This document shows positions 26,641-37,894 of a stretch of 64,000 nucleotides of DNA, piece after piece; the first letter of the stretch is position 1, and every line of letters starts with the position of its first letter. The position numbers and the translations under genes were made by a program. The notes beneath the pieces were generated by a model. The model had not been told where the DNA came from and did no database searches. It saw only the letters and a list, made by a program, of their open reading frames with translations. Where the stretch lies: IMG/VR virus record IMGVR_UViG_3300041411_000129, positions 186,001 through 250,000 of that record. One strand, 5' to 3'.

Positions 26641-27531
26641 ATGAAAAAGATGATTCTCGCTGGTCTGGCCATGATGGCCGTTTCGTTCGGTGCAATGGCC
26701 GATGTTAAGCAATTGAACTTCTGCACTGGTGCCGAGGGTGGTTTCTACGACTCCTTCGGTCACCAGCTTGGTGGCGACATCAAGAAGCAATCCAAAGGCC
26801 TGGCCACCGTCGACTACCTGACCACTGAAGGTTCGGTATCCTCGGCAAGTATGCTGAAGTCCGGCGAATGCAATATCGCCCTGCTGCAAGCAGACGCGGT
26901 GATCTCCCGTCCGATGCCTTCGGACATCGCCCTGTCTGACGCGCACTCCGAAGCGATCTTCTGGTTGCACGGCAAAACCGGGGTCAAAGACTTCGACGAC
27001 ATGAGCGATGACGAGAACAAGAACTACGGTGTTGCCATCGTATCTGGTTCTGGTGCTGAAGTGACCCTGCGTAACTTCGGTAACGTCGACAAGAAGTTCA
27101 AGAACCTTAACATCATCACTTTCGATGATTGGTTCTCCGCCGCCAAAGCTACAGCTGAAGGCAAGATCCGCCGTGCTGGTAATGACATCATTATCGCTGG
27201 CATGATCTACGTCGGCCGTATGGGTAACATCTCTTCTGAAATCACCGGTGACTTCAAGGACGACCTGACCATCGGCGAAATCGACGTCAGCTCTTTCAGC
27301 GACGTGAAGGATGGGAACAATAACCCACTCTACACCAAGTGCAAAGTCGAGAAGACTAACGGCATCAAGACTGATACCTGGGGTGATCCTGTAACTTACT
27401 GCGTCCGCGCGCAAGTGGTTTACAACAACGAGATCTTCACCGACATGCCTGTCAAAGATGCGCGCGAACTGCGTAAGTCGATGGACAAAGCAATCGTGCA
27501 GAACATCCGTCAGCAACAAGCTGCTAAGTAA
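26641..27531 (+). CDS. TAXI-family TRAP solute-binding protein
   Basis: Signal peptide; TGAEGGFYDSFG; TEGSVSSASMLKSGECNIALLQAD. Confidence 0.75.
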   Translation: MKKMILAGLAMMAVSFGAMADVKQLNFCTGAEGGFYDSFGHQLGGDIKKQSKGLATVDYLTTEGSVSSASMLKSGECNIALLQADAVISRPMPSDIALSDAHSEAIFWLHGKTGVKDFDDMSDDENKNYGVAIVSGSGAEVTLRNFGNVDKKFKNLNIITFDDWFSAAKATAEGKIRRAGNDIIIAGMIYVGRMGNISSEITGDFKDDLTIGEIDVSSFSDVKDGNNNPLYTKCKVEKTNGIKTDTWGDPVTYCVRAQVVYNNEIFTDMPVKDARELRKSMDKAIVQNIRQQQAAK

Positions 27532-27608
27532 CACGCGGCCAGCGGGGAAGGGAAACCTCCCCGCTTTTACTTACACTTTATTTTTTCTGTATAGACCAGG
27601 AGTTGTAA

Positions 27609-29252
27609 ATGGAATCTGTATCTAAAGCGGTCGTGGATAAATCCGGCGCTACTTTCTCTGAATTGAATGCCGTCGTCCAGGCTACTTTCAACAAGAACAT
27701 GGCGGCTCACGGCCCTAAGTTGTTCGTCGTTTCTATCCCTAACCCGGAAGAGCTGGCCAAGCCAATGTTCGCTCAGTACCTCGCGGGTTTCCCGGAAGAA
27801 GGTCGTCAACATCACAACTGCCGTTGCTGCTCGCAGTTCATCCATCGCTTCGGTGATCTGGCATTCGTCAGCTCCACCGGTGAGTTGGTATCGGCATTGT
27901 GGGATGCCGCTGCTGTACCTGATGAGTTCAAGGACTCCGTCGCACGCATGCAGCAAGCTGTAGAGCGTAGCGTGGAAATCCTCCACCCGTTCACCGAAGT
28001 CCCAGGCAACATTCTGGGTATCGCTGAAACCAACGGTTGGAACCACTTCCAGATCAAGCACCCAGATCTGAAAGAAGTCGAAAAAGACAAGTACGGCGAA
28101 CTGCGTGGTCAGGGTATCGAGAAGCACGAACAACTGACCAAGGTCCTCGACACGTACCCGGCCGTTGTTATCCGCGATGCAGCTCACCTGCTGCAAGGCG
28201 ATATCCTCAACATGGCGCACAAGTACCGTCACGTTGCTGAGCGTCTGCTGTCCTTCGCAACCATGCTCGAGAACATCAAGAACCTCAAGCACCGCTCCAA
28301 CCTGATCTGGCGCGAATCGGCCAGCGTCGGTGAAACGCAGACTCACACCTGCGGTAACGTGTTGGGTCGTCTGATGGACGATATCGCTAAAGGTTACAGC
28401 ACCGCCAGCGTTATCCGCAATTCCAACGAAATGACTCGGAAGGAAGTGTACCAGCGTGTAGTGGCGGCGCCTACCCAAGGCAACGTGCAAGTGGCTATCA
28501 AGATCATGACCGAGTTGGGTATGACCGAAGATGACCTGATGCGTCGTGCGGCCCGTCTGGAAGAGATCGAAACCTTCTGGAAGCCAACCGAAGCCAAGGA
28601 GCCTGAAGCCAAACCTGCTAGCATGTTCGCTGACCTTGTAACCAAGGAAGCCGAAGCCAAGCCTCAGGACAAGCCTCTGATCGCCCCTGAAGTGAAAGTG
28701 ACTCTGCGTACCTTCATGGAAGAAGTGATCAACAAGGGCAAAGCCCTGTCGATGCAGATGTACATCTCGGCAGCTCCACTCGCCGACATCAACTTCACCG
28801 CTCCAGTGAAAGAAGATGCTGGTCGTCTGTTCTGGTTCGACAACCACGAAGATCGTCGTGTACGTATCTCCTGGTTCACCAAGGACAAGCCACTCGCTCC
28901 ACGCGACCTGGGTCTGAACATTGGTAGCTGGGTGAATATCACGGCTCTGGCCGACGTTCCTCCGATGTGGTTCAGCGCTTCTAACCCGCGCTCGCAAGAG
29001 TTCTCGGTCTGTGCAGCGATTCTCGAAGGCGCACAGATGAAGCTGGACTGCACTATGTGTCTGTTCCCTGAACTGTTGCACCCTGAGCTGGCTGAAATCT
29101 CCCGTGTCATCGAAACGTTCTCCAAGAACCGCAAGTTGATCGACAGCGATAAAGGCACTACCACCGGTACGCCGTTGGGTCGTGGTTCACACCTGATCCG
29201 TGTAACTACGGCGCTGGGTATCAGCACCTACCGTGTTGAAGGCTTGAAGTAA
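27609..29252 (+). CDS. Large hypothetical protein with HNCxCC motif
   Basis: 547 aa; QHHNCRCCSQF. Confidence 0.85.
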   Translation: MESVSKAVVDKSGATFSELNAVVQATFNKNMAAHGPKLFVVSIPNPEELAKPMFAQYLAGFPEEGRQHHNCRCCSQFIHRFGDLAFVSSTGELVSALWDAAAVPDEFKDSVARMQQAVERSVEILHPFTEVPGNILGIAETNGWNHFQIKHPDLKEVEKDKYGELRGQGIEKHEQLTKVLDTYPAVVIRDAAHLLQGDILNMAHKYRHVAERLLSFATMLENIKNLKHRSNLIWRESASVGETQTHTCGNVLGRLMDDIAKGYSTASVIRNSNEMTRKEVYQRVVAAPTQGNVQVAIKIMTELGMTEDDLMRRAARLEEIETFWKPTEAKEPEAKPASMFADLVTKEAEAKPQDKPLIAPEVKVTLRTFMEEVINKGKALSMQMYISAAPLADINFTAPVKEDAGRLFWFDNHEDRRVRISWFTKDKPLAPRDLGLNIGSWVNITALADVPPMWFSASNPRSQEFSVCAAILEGAQMKLDCTMCLFPELLHPELAEISRVIETFSKNRKLIDSDKGTTTGTPLGRGSHLIRVTTALGISTYRVEGLK

Positions 29253-29339
29253 CACTGCGGCACATAGGGCGGGGAGAAATCCCCGCCTTTATGCTGTACA
29301 TTTATATTCTCTACCCTCATTTATTAGAAGGACTTTATA

Positions 29340-29861
29340 ATGATCCAGATATTGCAGATTCGTAAGAAAGACGGCGAGACTTTCAGCGATCTTCGCGAAG
29401 AGTCTCAGATGAAAGCTCTCAAGCTGTTGCTCGAATGTGAGTTCGGTTTCGGCTGCACCGTTGTAAGTATCGGCGATACGGACGTCTCCGTACAGACGGA
29501 ATTGATGGGTTGCGTGGATACCACAGCTCTGACTGGCCCTAAAGAGGAGATGGCGCTGATCGTTAAAGCGACTGCCTACTACTCCCACATTAAGGATCAG
29601 ATGTTCCTGCCAGAATACCGTAAGGACTTGGCTAAACACGTTCTGGAAATGACCGACGGTAATCCGCGGATTATCGCATTGGGTGCCGGGATGTTCGTAG
29701 GTGTCTCGTTCTTACGTGGTACGCTGATTGCGATGTTGTGCGAAGACGATGTTCAGTACTTGCCCCGAATGCAGAAGCTAGACCAGCCTACGTTAATGGC
29801 AATGTTCGAGCTGAAGTTCGGTGACAAGATTCCGATGAATGAGATACTCGAGCTTGTATAA
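29340..29861 (+). CDS. Hypothetical protein
   Basis: AAGGA SD. Confidence 0.8.
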   Translation: MIQILQIRKKDGETFSDLREESQMKALKLLLECEFGFGCTVVSIGDTDVSVQTELMGCVDTTALTGPKEEMALIVKATAYYSHIKDQMFLPEYRKDLAKHVLEMTDGNPRIIALGAGMFVGVSFLRGTLIAMLCEDDVQYLPRMQKLDQPTLMAMFELKFGDKIPMNEILELV

Positions 29862-30212
29862 ATGCATAAACCAGACCCAATCTCAGGGGACTATACGGCG
29901 CAGTGTCATTTCGCAATACTCGAGAACATCAATCTGACTGTACCGTGGTACTTGGCAGTCTCGATAGGGTATTACGAGTACGACACGTCGCTCATCACTG
30001 ATGCGCTGTACGACCAGATGTCCATCATGATGAAGACGTTCTGGGGTGATATAAAACACAGGCATAAACACCTGATAGATTACGATGCATTGAAGGCAGG
30101 TACGGCTTACTACTTAAAGGAAACCGACATGCCGACAATCGTACAAGTAACAACAATTCAAATGGTCCGCGCGTATGACGCCGCATTACAATCGAGGTTG
30201 AGAGGGAAATGA
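29862..30212 (+). CDS. Hypothetical protein
   Basis: Abuts upstream stop. Confidence 0.7.
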   Translation: MHKPDPISGDYTAQCHFAILENINLTVPWYLAVSIGYYEYDTSLITDALYDQMSIMMKTFWGDIKHRHKHLIDYDALKAGTAYYLKETDMPTIVQVTTIQMVRAYDAALQSRLRGK

Positions 30213-30358
30213 ACCTTACACCGCTTATCAAACGTCTCTTCCTGACACTGATCTTTCTCATCGCGCTTGTCGGTGTGGTTGAGATCAGTAAAGGTCCATC
30301 CGCATCAACTCTCGGCACTGCGATCGAGAACCAGGTGAAGCAACTCACCAAGGAATAA
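30209..30358 (+). CDS. 49-aa membrane protein
   Basis: LFLTLIFLIALVGVV. Confidence 0.55.
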   Translation: MNLTPLIKRLFLTLIFLIALVGVVEISKGPSASTLGTAIENQVKQLTKE

Positions 30359-30361
30359 CTC

Positions 30362-30694
30362 ATGCGTCCGAATACCGGAACGTCCGACTACCTCAAGGGG
30401 ATGAATGTCACTACAGCTGTTGATGACATCCTCGGGGAATCAGTCCTCAGGACGTACGGTCTTGTGAAGCGAAACTTCCCCGAGATCTGCGTCCCTAAAT
30501 ATTACTCAGACGCGATCTGCCATGCGACCATGACTCTGGTCGTACGTGAGTGGCGGAGCAAAGGTAGGGTCTTCTACGGAGACCACGATTACGTCTTAGG
30601 TCCTAACGCCATCATCAACATCCACACCGAAGTATTGGAAGTTGGTGGGGAAACTATAATCAGAGCAAGACAAACCCCAAGGAGTAAATCATGA
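30362..30694 (+). CDS. Hypothetical protein
   Basis: AAGGA SD. Confidence 0.7.
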   Translation: MRPNTGTSDYLKGMNVTTAVDDILGESVLRTYGLVKRNFPEICVPKYYSDAICHATMTLVVREWRSKGRVFYGDHDYVLGPNAIINIHTEVLEVGGETIIRARQTPRSKS

Positions 30695-30906
30695 AGAAAG
30701 ATAACTTGCTGGAAGCTGTAGCGATCGCCAAGATGAATAGCACCATCAACATCGGTCGTGGTCTGTCGATCTTCAGTATGTTCCGTAACTCTGACGGTCG
30801 TATGGGACTAGGTCTACATCCCACCCGTAACGATATCGACCGTCATGGGAAACCGGTTAAGAAAAAGAAAGGTAACATGAAGCAAGACAAGAACGTCTAC
30901 AAGTAA
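30691..30906 (+). CDS. Basic hypothetical protein
   Basis: AAGGAG SD. Confidence 0.7.
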   Translation: MKKDNLLEAVAIAKMNSTINIGRGLSIFSMFRNSDGRMGLGLHPTRNDIDRHGKPVKKKKGNMKQDKNVYK

Positions 30907-30954
30907 CAATTTCTCGTACCGAACAGATACTACTTTATTCTTCAGGAGTTTCAC

Positions 30955-31536
30955 ATGAACCGCTTACAGAAACCACAAACCAAACTCGATCCAGTTACAG
31001 TTATCTCTCGCAATCTGGTAGATCTGGAACCTGGTATCCCTAACTTCAGCGGCGATGGTTACGCTCAGTCTGCGTTATCTCATGGCTGGCACGTCATGTT
31101 CAAATCGGCTGAAGGTACTGATCTACTTGATCACATGTTCTTGGTCAACCAGTTTACTGGACAGCAAATCCAACTCAAGCTGTTTAAAGAACGTTCCGAG
31201 TTCCGCTCACTCATCGAAGTGAACGATGAACTGGACATGATGGATGAGATCGGTTACTTCTTCCATCCTCGTCACGATTCGGCGATTACCATTTACTGGC
31301 AGTCGATCGATAAGGTCGGTATCAATCCAGACCACGTTGACGTGCAATACGTTCTGTACGCAGCTCATGAAGGTTCTGTCTTCATCCGCATGGCTGACCT
31401 ACTGTCCCCGCTGCTCGACAAGATGTGGCATGATGAAGGTATCGCGTTCGACGCTCCTCCGGTTGAATGGCGTCACCGTCAGTGGAATGATTACGAACAA
31501 GGTTTCCACGCTCAAGCGCCGAAGGGAGCTGAATGA
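30955..31536 (+). CDS. Hypothetical protein
   Basis: AGGAG SD. Confidence 0.8.
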   Translation: MNRLQKPQTKLDPVTVISRNLVDLEPGIPNFSGDGYAQSALSHGWHVMFKSAEGTDLLDHMFLVNQFTGQQIQLKLFKERSEFRSLIEVNDELDMMDEIGYFFHPRHDSAITIYWQSIDKVGINPDHVDVQYVLYAAHEGSVFIRMADLLSPLLDKMWHDEGIAFDAPPVEWRHRQWNDYEQGFHAQAPKGAE

Positions 31537-32072
31537 TGTCGGTCATGCACGGAGACTCCCCAGATCTTGACATGCAAGTAATAGTCCACCCAGAACGCGA
31601 CGCTGGCGCTGATGCGGCTGATCGTATTCGTACGGTCGGTGCTGCTATCGCTCACAACGCCAAGGTTGCTCTCAAGCGCCTGATCATTACCTGTATCGTT
31701 CTCTTCATCGCAGCTGTTGCTGGCGCGGTATGGTACGGCTATGAAACCCGTGTACTCGGCACTACCACCGATACCCGCACATGCGAGTTTGAAATCGGTA
31801 AGACCAAGATCACGGCAGTTCGCAGCTACACCTATCCGTACCAAGAGTATTACGGATTCCACATCCGCGATAACAGCAAGATCTACGAGAAGACCGTAAT
31901 GGCTCTCGACGGTACACAGCTGACAATCCTCGGTAATGATGCCGGCGCTCTCTGGAGTCAATTCGTTGACGCTGGTGATCGTGGGCAGTTCATTATGAAG
32001 CCTTCCGATGAATACACCTTCATCGTGGGTAAGCAGGCCGGTAAGGTCAACTACAAAACCTTTTGCAAGTAG
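31533..32072 (+). CDS. Single-TM periplasmic-domain protein
   Basis: LIITCIVLFIAAVAGAVWYG. Confidence 0.8.
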   Translation: MMSVMHGDSPDLDMQVIVHPERDAGADAADRIRTVGAAIAHNAKVALKRLIITCIVLFIAAVAGAVWYGYETRVLGTTTDTRTCEFEIGKTKITAVRSYTYPYQEYYGFHIRDNSKIYEKTVMALDGTQLTILGNDAGALWSQFVDAGDRGQFIMKPSDEYTFIVGKQAGKVNYKTFCK

Positions 32073-32081
32073 GAGCCTGTA

Positions 32082-32504
32082 ATGGGTAGCTACCTTTACG
32101 CAACCGTAATCCGTAAACTGGAAAGTGGTGATTACGATCACGACAACCACAGTTGGGATACTGTCCTGACTAAACCCAACGCGGTCAAGCGTCATTTGCT
32201 TTGCGGTGATGGGCGTTACTACAACTTCCCTGAGATCAAGCCCCGCAATGGCGTTCACGAGTCGCTGAGTCTCGATGAGCATACCGGCGGTGCAATGGGG
32301 TGGGATCATTGTCGTTACGTCTGGTACACACCTCAAGAGCTTCTGGCGTTTGACTGGGATCAGGTGATTACCGAATCCCCGCATGACATCGAAGTCATCG
32401 GTAAGACGTATCGCCAATGCGTTCCTGCTGAGTGGTTTGAATACATTCAGGCTCGTGCAAACGAATCGGCCGTGGTGGCTATTCAGTTCTCCGTCGATAA
32501 TTGA
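32082..32504 (+). CDS. Hypothetical protein
   Basis: AGGAG SD. Confidence 0.8.
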   Translation: MGSYLYATVIRKLESGDYDHDNHSWDTVLTKPNAVKRHLLCGDGRYYNFPEIKPRNGVHESLSLDEHTGGAMGWDHCRYVWYTPQELLAFDWDQVITESPHDIEVIGKTYRQCVPAEWFEYIQARANESAVVAIQFSVDN

Positions 32505-32511
32505 GGTTCTT

Positions 32512-32982
32512 GTGGAATACGGTAAAGACGAAGCACTGAAGATCTTGGACACCCTGCTTGAAGATGAACGTATCACTCCTGAGGTGTATGACTTCATTGT
32601 CACCTCAGATCTTCTTCAGAAGCCCGATGCGCTTGGTTGTGTCCGGCCCGTCACCATCGATGGTGAACCTCGTGAAGAGTTCTACCTTTATACCAAGGAT
32701 GAGCACTGTATACCGCAGTCGATCAGGTCTGCACTTAACCGCCGTAGATTCATTGCTCGCGGTAAAAGAGCTATAGTGAAGTTCGTTGGTCAACTACTGA
32801 TCGATCGACGGATTAGTCTCGCGCAGTACGACGGGCTTCTGGCTGCTAAGACCATTAATGAGCCGACGGTTTTCGCTAACATCCTTGTAGTGAATGATCA
32901 TGAAGAAGTGGTCATAATGGCAGACGTTGGTGATGCATTATTCACCGTTCTCAAACCACCTATCCCAGTTAAGGAGTCCTGA
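32512..32982 (+). CDS. Hypothetical protein
   Basis: GAGG SD before GTG 32512. Confidence 0.7.
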   Translation: MEYGKDEALKILDTLLEDERITPEVYDFIVTSDLLQKPDALGCVRPVTIDGEPREEFYLYTKDEHCIPQSIRSALNRRRFIARGKRAIVKFVGQLLIDRRISLAQYDGLLAAKTINEPTVFANILVVNDHEEVVIMADVGDALFTVLKPPIPVKES

Positions 32983-33500
32983 TGGATCTCTTCGTAACCC
33001 TCTCCGGCATGATGACTACAAGTCTGAAAGCCCGCTTCAAAGAACTGGTCGATACCAAGAAGATCGATCTCTCGAACTTCGCCAGTGAAGATAAGTACCA
33101 CATCGCTGCTCGTCAATGCATGGGTGCTTTGAGCAACTCCCTCACCAACGTCGACAAGTCCCACCTCACCTATCTGGACATCTCGGTGTTCAGCTTCCTG
33201 TTGTTCAGTCTCGAATCCGAAACACCGGCCGAAGTAATCGAAACCGGTCTGGGTCTGACGCAGGGTGATGAGTCCACCGAAGCTGCTGCGCCTGCATCCA
33301 ATCCTTTGGGTGGCGGTCAGACTGTCTGTGGTGCATGGGGCGGTACTCCTGTGTCGCTGGCAGATGCTGACCAAGCCCTTCGTGGTGATCAAGCTCATAC
33401 GCCCGATCGCTTCGATGGTCATCGGCAAGAAGATATCGGCATGTACACGGCCGAAGGTATCAAGCCGGTTAAACCAGCTGACCAATTCGATCAGGAGTAA
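32982..33500 (+). CDS. Hypothetical protein
   Basis: TGATG coupling. Confidence 0.8.
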   Translation: MDLFVTLSGMMTTSLKARFKELVDTKKIDLSNFASEDKYHIAARQCMGALSNSLTNVDKSHLTYLDISVFSFLLFSLESETPAEVIETGLGLTQGDESTEAAAPASNPLGGGQTVCGAWGGTPVSLADADQALRGDQAHTPDRFDGHRQEDIGMYTAEGIKPVKPADQFDQE

Positions 33501-33503
33501 TCC

Positions 33504-33824
33504 ATGCAGGTAGTTCGCAACTATGTTCAAAAAGCAGTTCCGGTTGAGATCCTACAGTATGACGGGAAGAACTACTCTGAGCTCCTCGTCTTCTGTAACC
33601 CAGACCCACTTACCGCTAATGCCGTTTACATGCCGGGCCTCAATCAGGTGCGTCTCAGCATGCGTGTGCGGAAAGTGCCAAAGGTACGGGCTGGCATTTC
33701 GATCCCCAATCCTATCGAAGCGCTTGTAAACATCGGCGACGTCATCGTCAAGTATCCTGATGGTACTTTGAAGTTGATGTCCGTTGAAGAAATTCAAACC
33801 GAGTTCGAACAAGTCAAGGAGTAA
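33504..33824 (+). CDS. Hypothetical protein
   Basis: AGGAG SD. Confidence 0.8.
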   Translation: MQVVRNYVQKAVPVEILQYDGKNYSELLVFCNPDPLTANAVYMPGLNQVRLSMRVRKVPKVRAGISIPNPIEALVNIGDVIVKYPDGTLKLMSVEEIQTEFEQVKE

Positions 33825-33828
33825 TCCC

Positions 33829-33924
33829 ATGCTCAGTTTCATTGGTGGTTTGGTTGTGTTCATTCTTGCTGTCCGTGGCATCGTCGGTTTCGTCGAAGAC
33901 TTCAAGAAAGCAGGTAAGTCGTAA
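33829..33924 (+). CDS. 31-aa membrane peptide
   Basis: AAGGAG SD; followed by terminator. Confidence 0.55.
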   Translation: MLSFIGGLVVFILAVRGIVGFVEDFKKAGKS

Positions 33925-33986
33925 GTAAACGATTGGGGGAGCTTCGGCTCCCCTAGTCTCACTCTTTTTTTTGAGATTAAAACGCC

Positions 33987-35080
<1,094 letters not shown>

Positions 35081-35182
35081 ACAGCATACGGGCCGGGGTA
35101 ATTCCCCGGCTTGTGTCCACTTAACTTAAATTTACACAGCCACACATTACGCTATTAGAGTAACCACATCAGAAGGAGTAAC

Positions 35183-35902
35183 GTGATGGGTTTAGTTCAT
35201 CGTTTCGAAAGGAACGAGAAAGGGCGTGACATCGCAGTTGCTGACGTGCATGGACACTTCAAGAAACTTCAGAAAGCATTAGACGCTATTGGCTTTGATC
35301 CTAAAGTTGATCGTCTGTTCATCGCTGGAGATTTGGTGGATCGTGGTCCTGACTGTCTCGATGCGTTGGATTGGTTAAAGCGAGCTCATTGTGTACGTGG
35401 TAACCACGATAACTACGTGGTCCAGTACATCAAGGGCGATTCCGGTAAATGGATTTCTGAAGGCGGCGTTTGGTTCGAACCGTTATCAGAACAACAGAAG
35501 CGACTCTGGCTCTGGCACTTCTACAGGTTGCCGCTGGCAATCGAAGTGAAGACAAGTCGTGGAACAGTTGGGATCATTCATGCCGACTGCGTAATGCCAC
35601 ACTGGCCTGATCTGATGGCTGAGTTGGATGGCTATCAGGATCTCGATTGTAAGCGTAAGAAACTTATTCGTAACTGCTGCATGTGGTCAAGGGGTCGATT
35701 TGAACTTAACGATACTACTTGGGTCACTGGCATCCGGGCTGTAGTGGTTGGACATAACCCAACTAACCTACCGGTAGTTCTTGGAAACGTACACCACATC
35801 GATACGACTGCTGGATATCCGCAGGCTCGTTTCACTTTCATTGATCTGGAAACACTGCAAACATTTACAGCTCCGTTTAATTACGGTTGGATGATGCAGT
35901 AA
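35183..35902 (+). CDS. Ser/Thr protein phosphatase, lambda NinI/PphA-like metallophosphoesterase
   Basis: DVHG, GDLVDRG, RGNHD, VVGH, IDT. Confidence 0.9.
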   Translation: MMGLVHRFERNEKGRDIAVADVHGHFKKLQKALDAIGFDPKVDRLFIAGDLVDRGPDCLDALDWLKRAHCVRGNHDNYVVQYIKGDSGKWISEGGVWFEPLSEQQKRLWLWHFYRLPLAIEVKTSRGTVGIIHADCVMPHWPDLMAELDGYQDLDCKRKKLIRNCCMWSRGRFELNDTTWVTGIRAVVVGHNPTNLPVVLGNVHHIDTTAGYPQARFTFIDLETLQTFTAPFNYGWMMQ

Positions 35903-35913
35903 GGGGATGTTTG

Positions 35914-36174
35914 ATGCGCACTAAGATTGCGTGGCCGGAAACCTATCGTGAGATCCCAGGTATGATGGGGTTTCCAACCGAGTATGTAGATTATACCGCT
36001 GGCTTCTATGAGCAGCGCGTTGTCCCACTCGTGACGGCGGCGATCACCACGCTCGAGAATCAGATCGACGTGTTGAAGCAACAGAACGAAGCGCTTAAGC
36101 AAACGATTGCCGCGAGCAAACCTAAAGTCAAGTACTGCCACGAAACAGGTAACTGGATCGTGATCAAGGAATAA
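35914..36174 (+). CDS. Hypothetical protein
   Basis: AAGGGG SD. Confidence 0.7.
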   Translation: MRTKIAWPETYREIPGMMGFPTEYVDYTAGFYEQRVVPLVTAAITTLENQIDVLKQQNEALKQTIAASKPKVKYCHETGNWIVIKE

Positions 36175-36178
36175 CGAA

Positions 36179-36391
36179 ATGAAGTTAATCGGATTAGATG
36201 TTGAAGACTTTGACGATGTGGATATGGATCGGGTAACTATCTCTACATCGACCGTACCAATGGCTTCACTCCTGGCTAATATGGCTGATGCTAATTGGTT
36301 CATTGAAGTGCAGCCAATCCAGCAGAACGAGAAGTGGATAACCACATTCAAACGCGGTAATTCCGATAACGGCACAATCTTTCCTAAATGA
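36179..36391 (+). CDS. Hypothetical protein
   Basis: AAGGA SD. Confidence 0.7.
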   Translation: MKLIGLDVEDFDDVDMDRVTISTSTVPMASLLANMADANWFIEVQPIQQNEKWITTFKRGNSDNGTIFPK

Positions 36392-36401
36392 GGAGTTCGT
36401 C

Positions 36402-36635
36402 ATGACTTACTTGATTTATGGTTCGATGGTGCTATTGGTCTACCTAGCCATCAGTGCCACGCTGTACTTCCACATGAGGAAGTTAAGGAAGACCCGCAAC
36501 ATTCCACCACAAACCGTTTACGAATGGAATCGCATGTCGGTCATCTGGCCAGGCTATATTGCTTTCATTATTTTCGGTATTGTGTACGGCTGCGTTGCAG
36601 CCATCATTTCTTTTGCTAGGGACAAGTTTCGATGA
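36402..36635 (+). CDS. Two-TM membrane protein
   Basis: GAGGAG SD; two hydrophobic helices. Confidence 0.75.
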   Translation: MTYLIYGSMVLLVYLAISATLYFHMRKLRKTRNIPPQTVYEWNRMSVIWPGYIAFIIFGIVYGCVAAIISFARDKFR

Positions 36636-37432
36636 CACCACGTACCAAACACGCTCTCAGACAAGCTGCGATCTGCATCCCTATAGCGCTCGCGGCTGGC
36701 TGGGGTATCGCCGGCACCATCATACCCCTCATGTTAGATCACTTCTGGACTGGGGCTATGTACGTGATGCTCACGGCCATCTGCTTCGATACATTCCTCA
36801 AGATGGTCTATCCGAAGTTCGCATGGACTAGACCTTACGAGCCACCGGCCTTCGATTTCAACGATCCTAAACGATGTAACTTTACTGGCATCCAGCAAAT
36901 ATCCAGGGCTCATCGACAGGGGGCTTCTTCCGAACACCTCTTTCCGACTATAGTTGTCGGTTATGAAGAGGTCGTTAATCAATCAGCACCAATCCCTAGA
37001 CTCTGGCCGTCCGAAGAAGAGTTGATGAAGTTCTGTGGTGATGATCCAGATCTTCGCGCTAAGTATTACAAGGCATGGCGGGAAGCTAATCTCAAATCAT
37101 GGAACCTGCACAACGACAGAGACTGGATGGTGCGGCACCTAGACTACGCCGCTAATTACGAAGAACAGGAACGCATGCGCAAACTGTTCTTAGGTGTGTG
37201 GGAGCCTAAACATCCACTCTATCGTTACGCCAGTGTCGAGTATCTGGAAAGAGTATTCGAGCAGATCGAACTGATCGGCTACGCCGACGTAGTCTTCAAA
37301 GAACTAGAACAACAGCCCGTTCCGATCGATCCAGATCTGCTGTACGACATTCTGCGTGAATTCATCATCATGGTTAAGGTCAACCCGAATGAGAAAGCGA
37401 TATTTAAGCCCTTCCCGGAAACACACGCCTGA
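36632..37432 (+). CDS. Membrane-anchored hypothetical protein
   Basis: Two N-terminal TM helices. Confidence 0.8.
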   Translation: MTPRTKHALRQAAICIPIALAAGWGIAGTIIPLMLDHFWTGAMYVMLTAICFDTFLKMVYPKFAWTRPYEPPAFDFNDPKRCNFTGIQQISRAHRQGASSEHLFPTIVVGYEEVVNQSAPIPRLWPSEEELMKFCGDDPDLRAKYYKAWREANLKSWNLHNDRDWMVRHLDYAANYEEQERMRKLFLGVWEPKHPLYRYASVEYLERVFEQIELIGYADVVFKELEQQPVPIDPDLLYDILREFIIMVKVNPNEKAIFKPFPETHA

Positions 37433-37622
37433 AGAGAAGCGGCTTATCATTAAGTTGTTTGCTGTAGAGCGTGCAAAGAAGAGTATCGATGTACCCGTAG
37501 TCGAGTTCAACGTAATCCCGTTCTCGTCTGAACCTCGTCTCGATCAGTTACTTGAAAATCTCAGGCGGTCTGTCGTATTGACGATGGGTATGCCTCCACA
37601 TTTAGTAAGGAGTTGGGGATGA
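37389..37622 (+). CDS. Hypothetical protein
   Basis: Fills gap; start uncertain. Confidence 0.45.
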   Translation: MRKRYLSPSRKHTPEEKRLIIKLFAVERAKKSIDVPVVEFNVIPFSSEPRLDQLLENLRRSVVLTMGMPPHLVRSWG

Positions 37623-37894
37623 CTAAAGATGGCGTACGTGAGGTTGTCTTTCATGAACTGGATGAAGAGTTGACGCTTTATCCAACCTTGATCCCGGTCT
37701 GCAAGAAAGAGTTCGAATCCTTCCTTGCTGAGGCACGTATCCCGATTCGTAACCCGCAGGTTCGGATTCGTCTGCCAGAACAACCGTGTGGTCATCAAAT
37801 GAGCTGGGCTGTTGAACTCGAAGTCTTGGGTGATATATTTATCTTCAAGGCTCGTAGAGTTCCATTCAGCGCTGATAAGTTAAGAGGTGAGTAA
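37619..37894 (+). CDS. Hypothetical protein
   Basis: AAGGAG SD. Confidence 0.7.
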   Translation: MTKDGVREVVFHELDEELTLYPTLIPVCKKEFESFLAEARIPIRNPQVRIRLPEQPCGHQMSWAVELEVLGDIFIFKARRVPFSADKLRGE

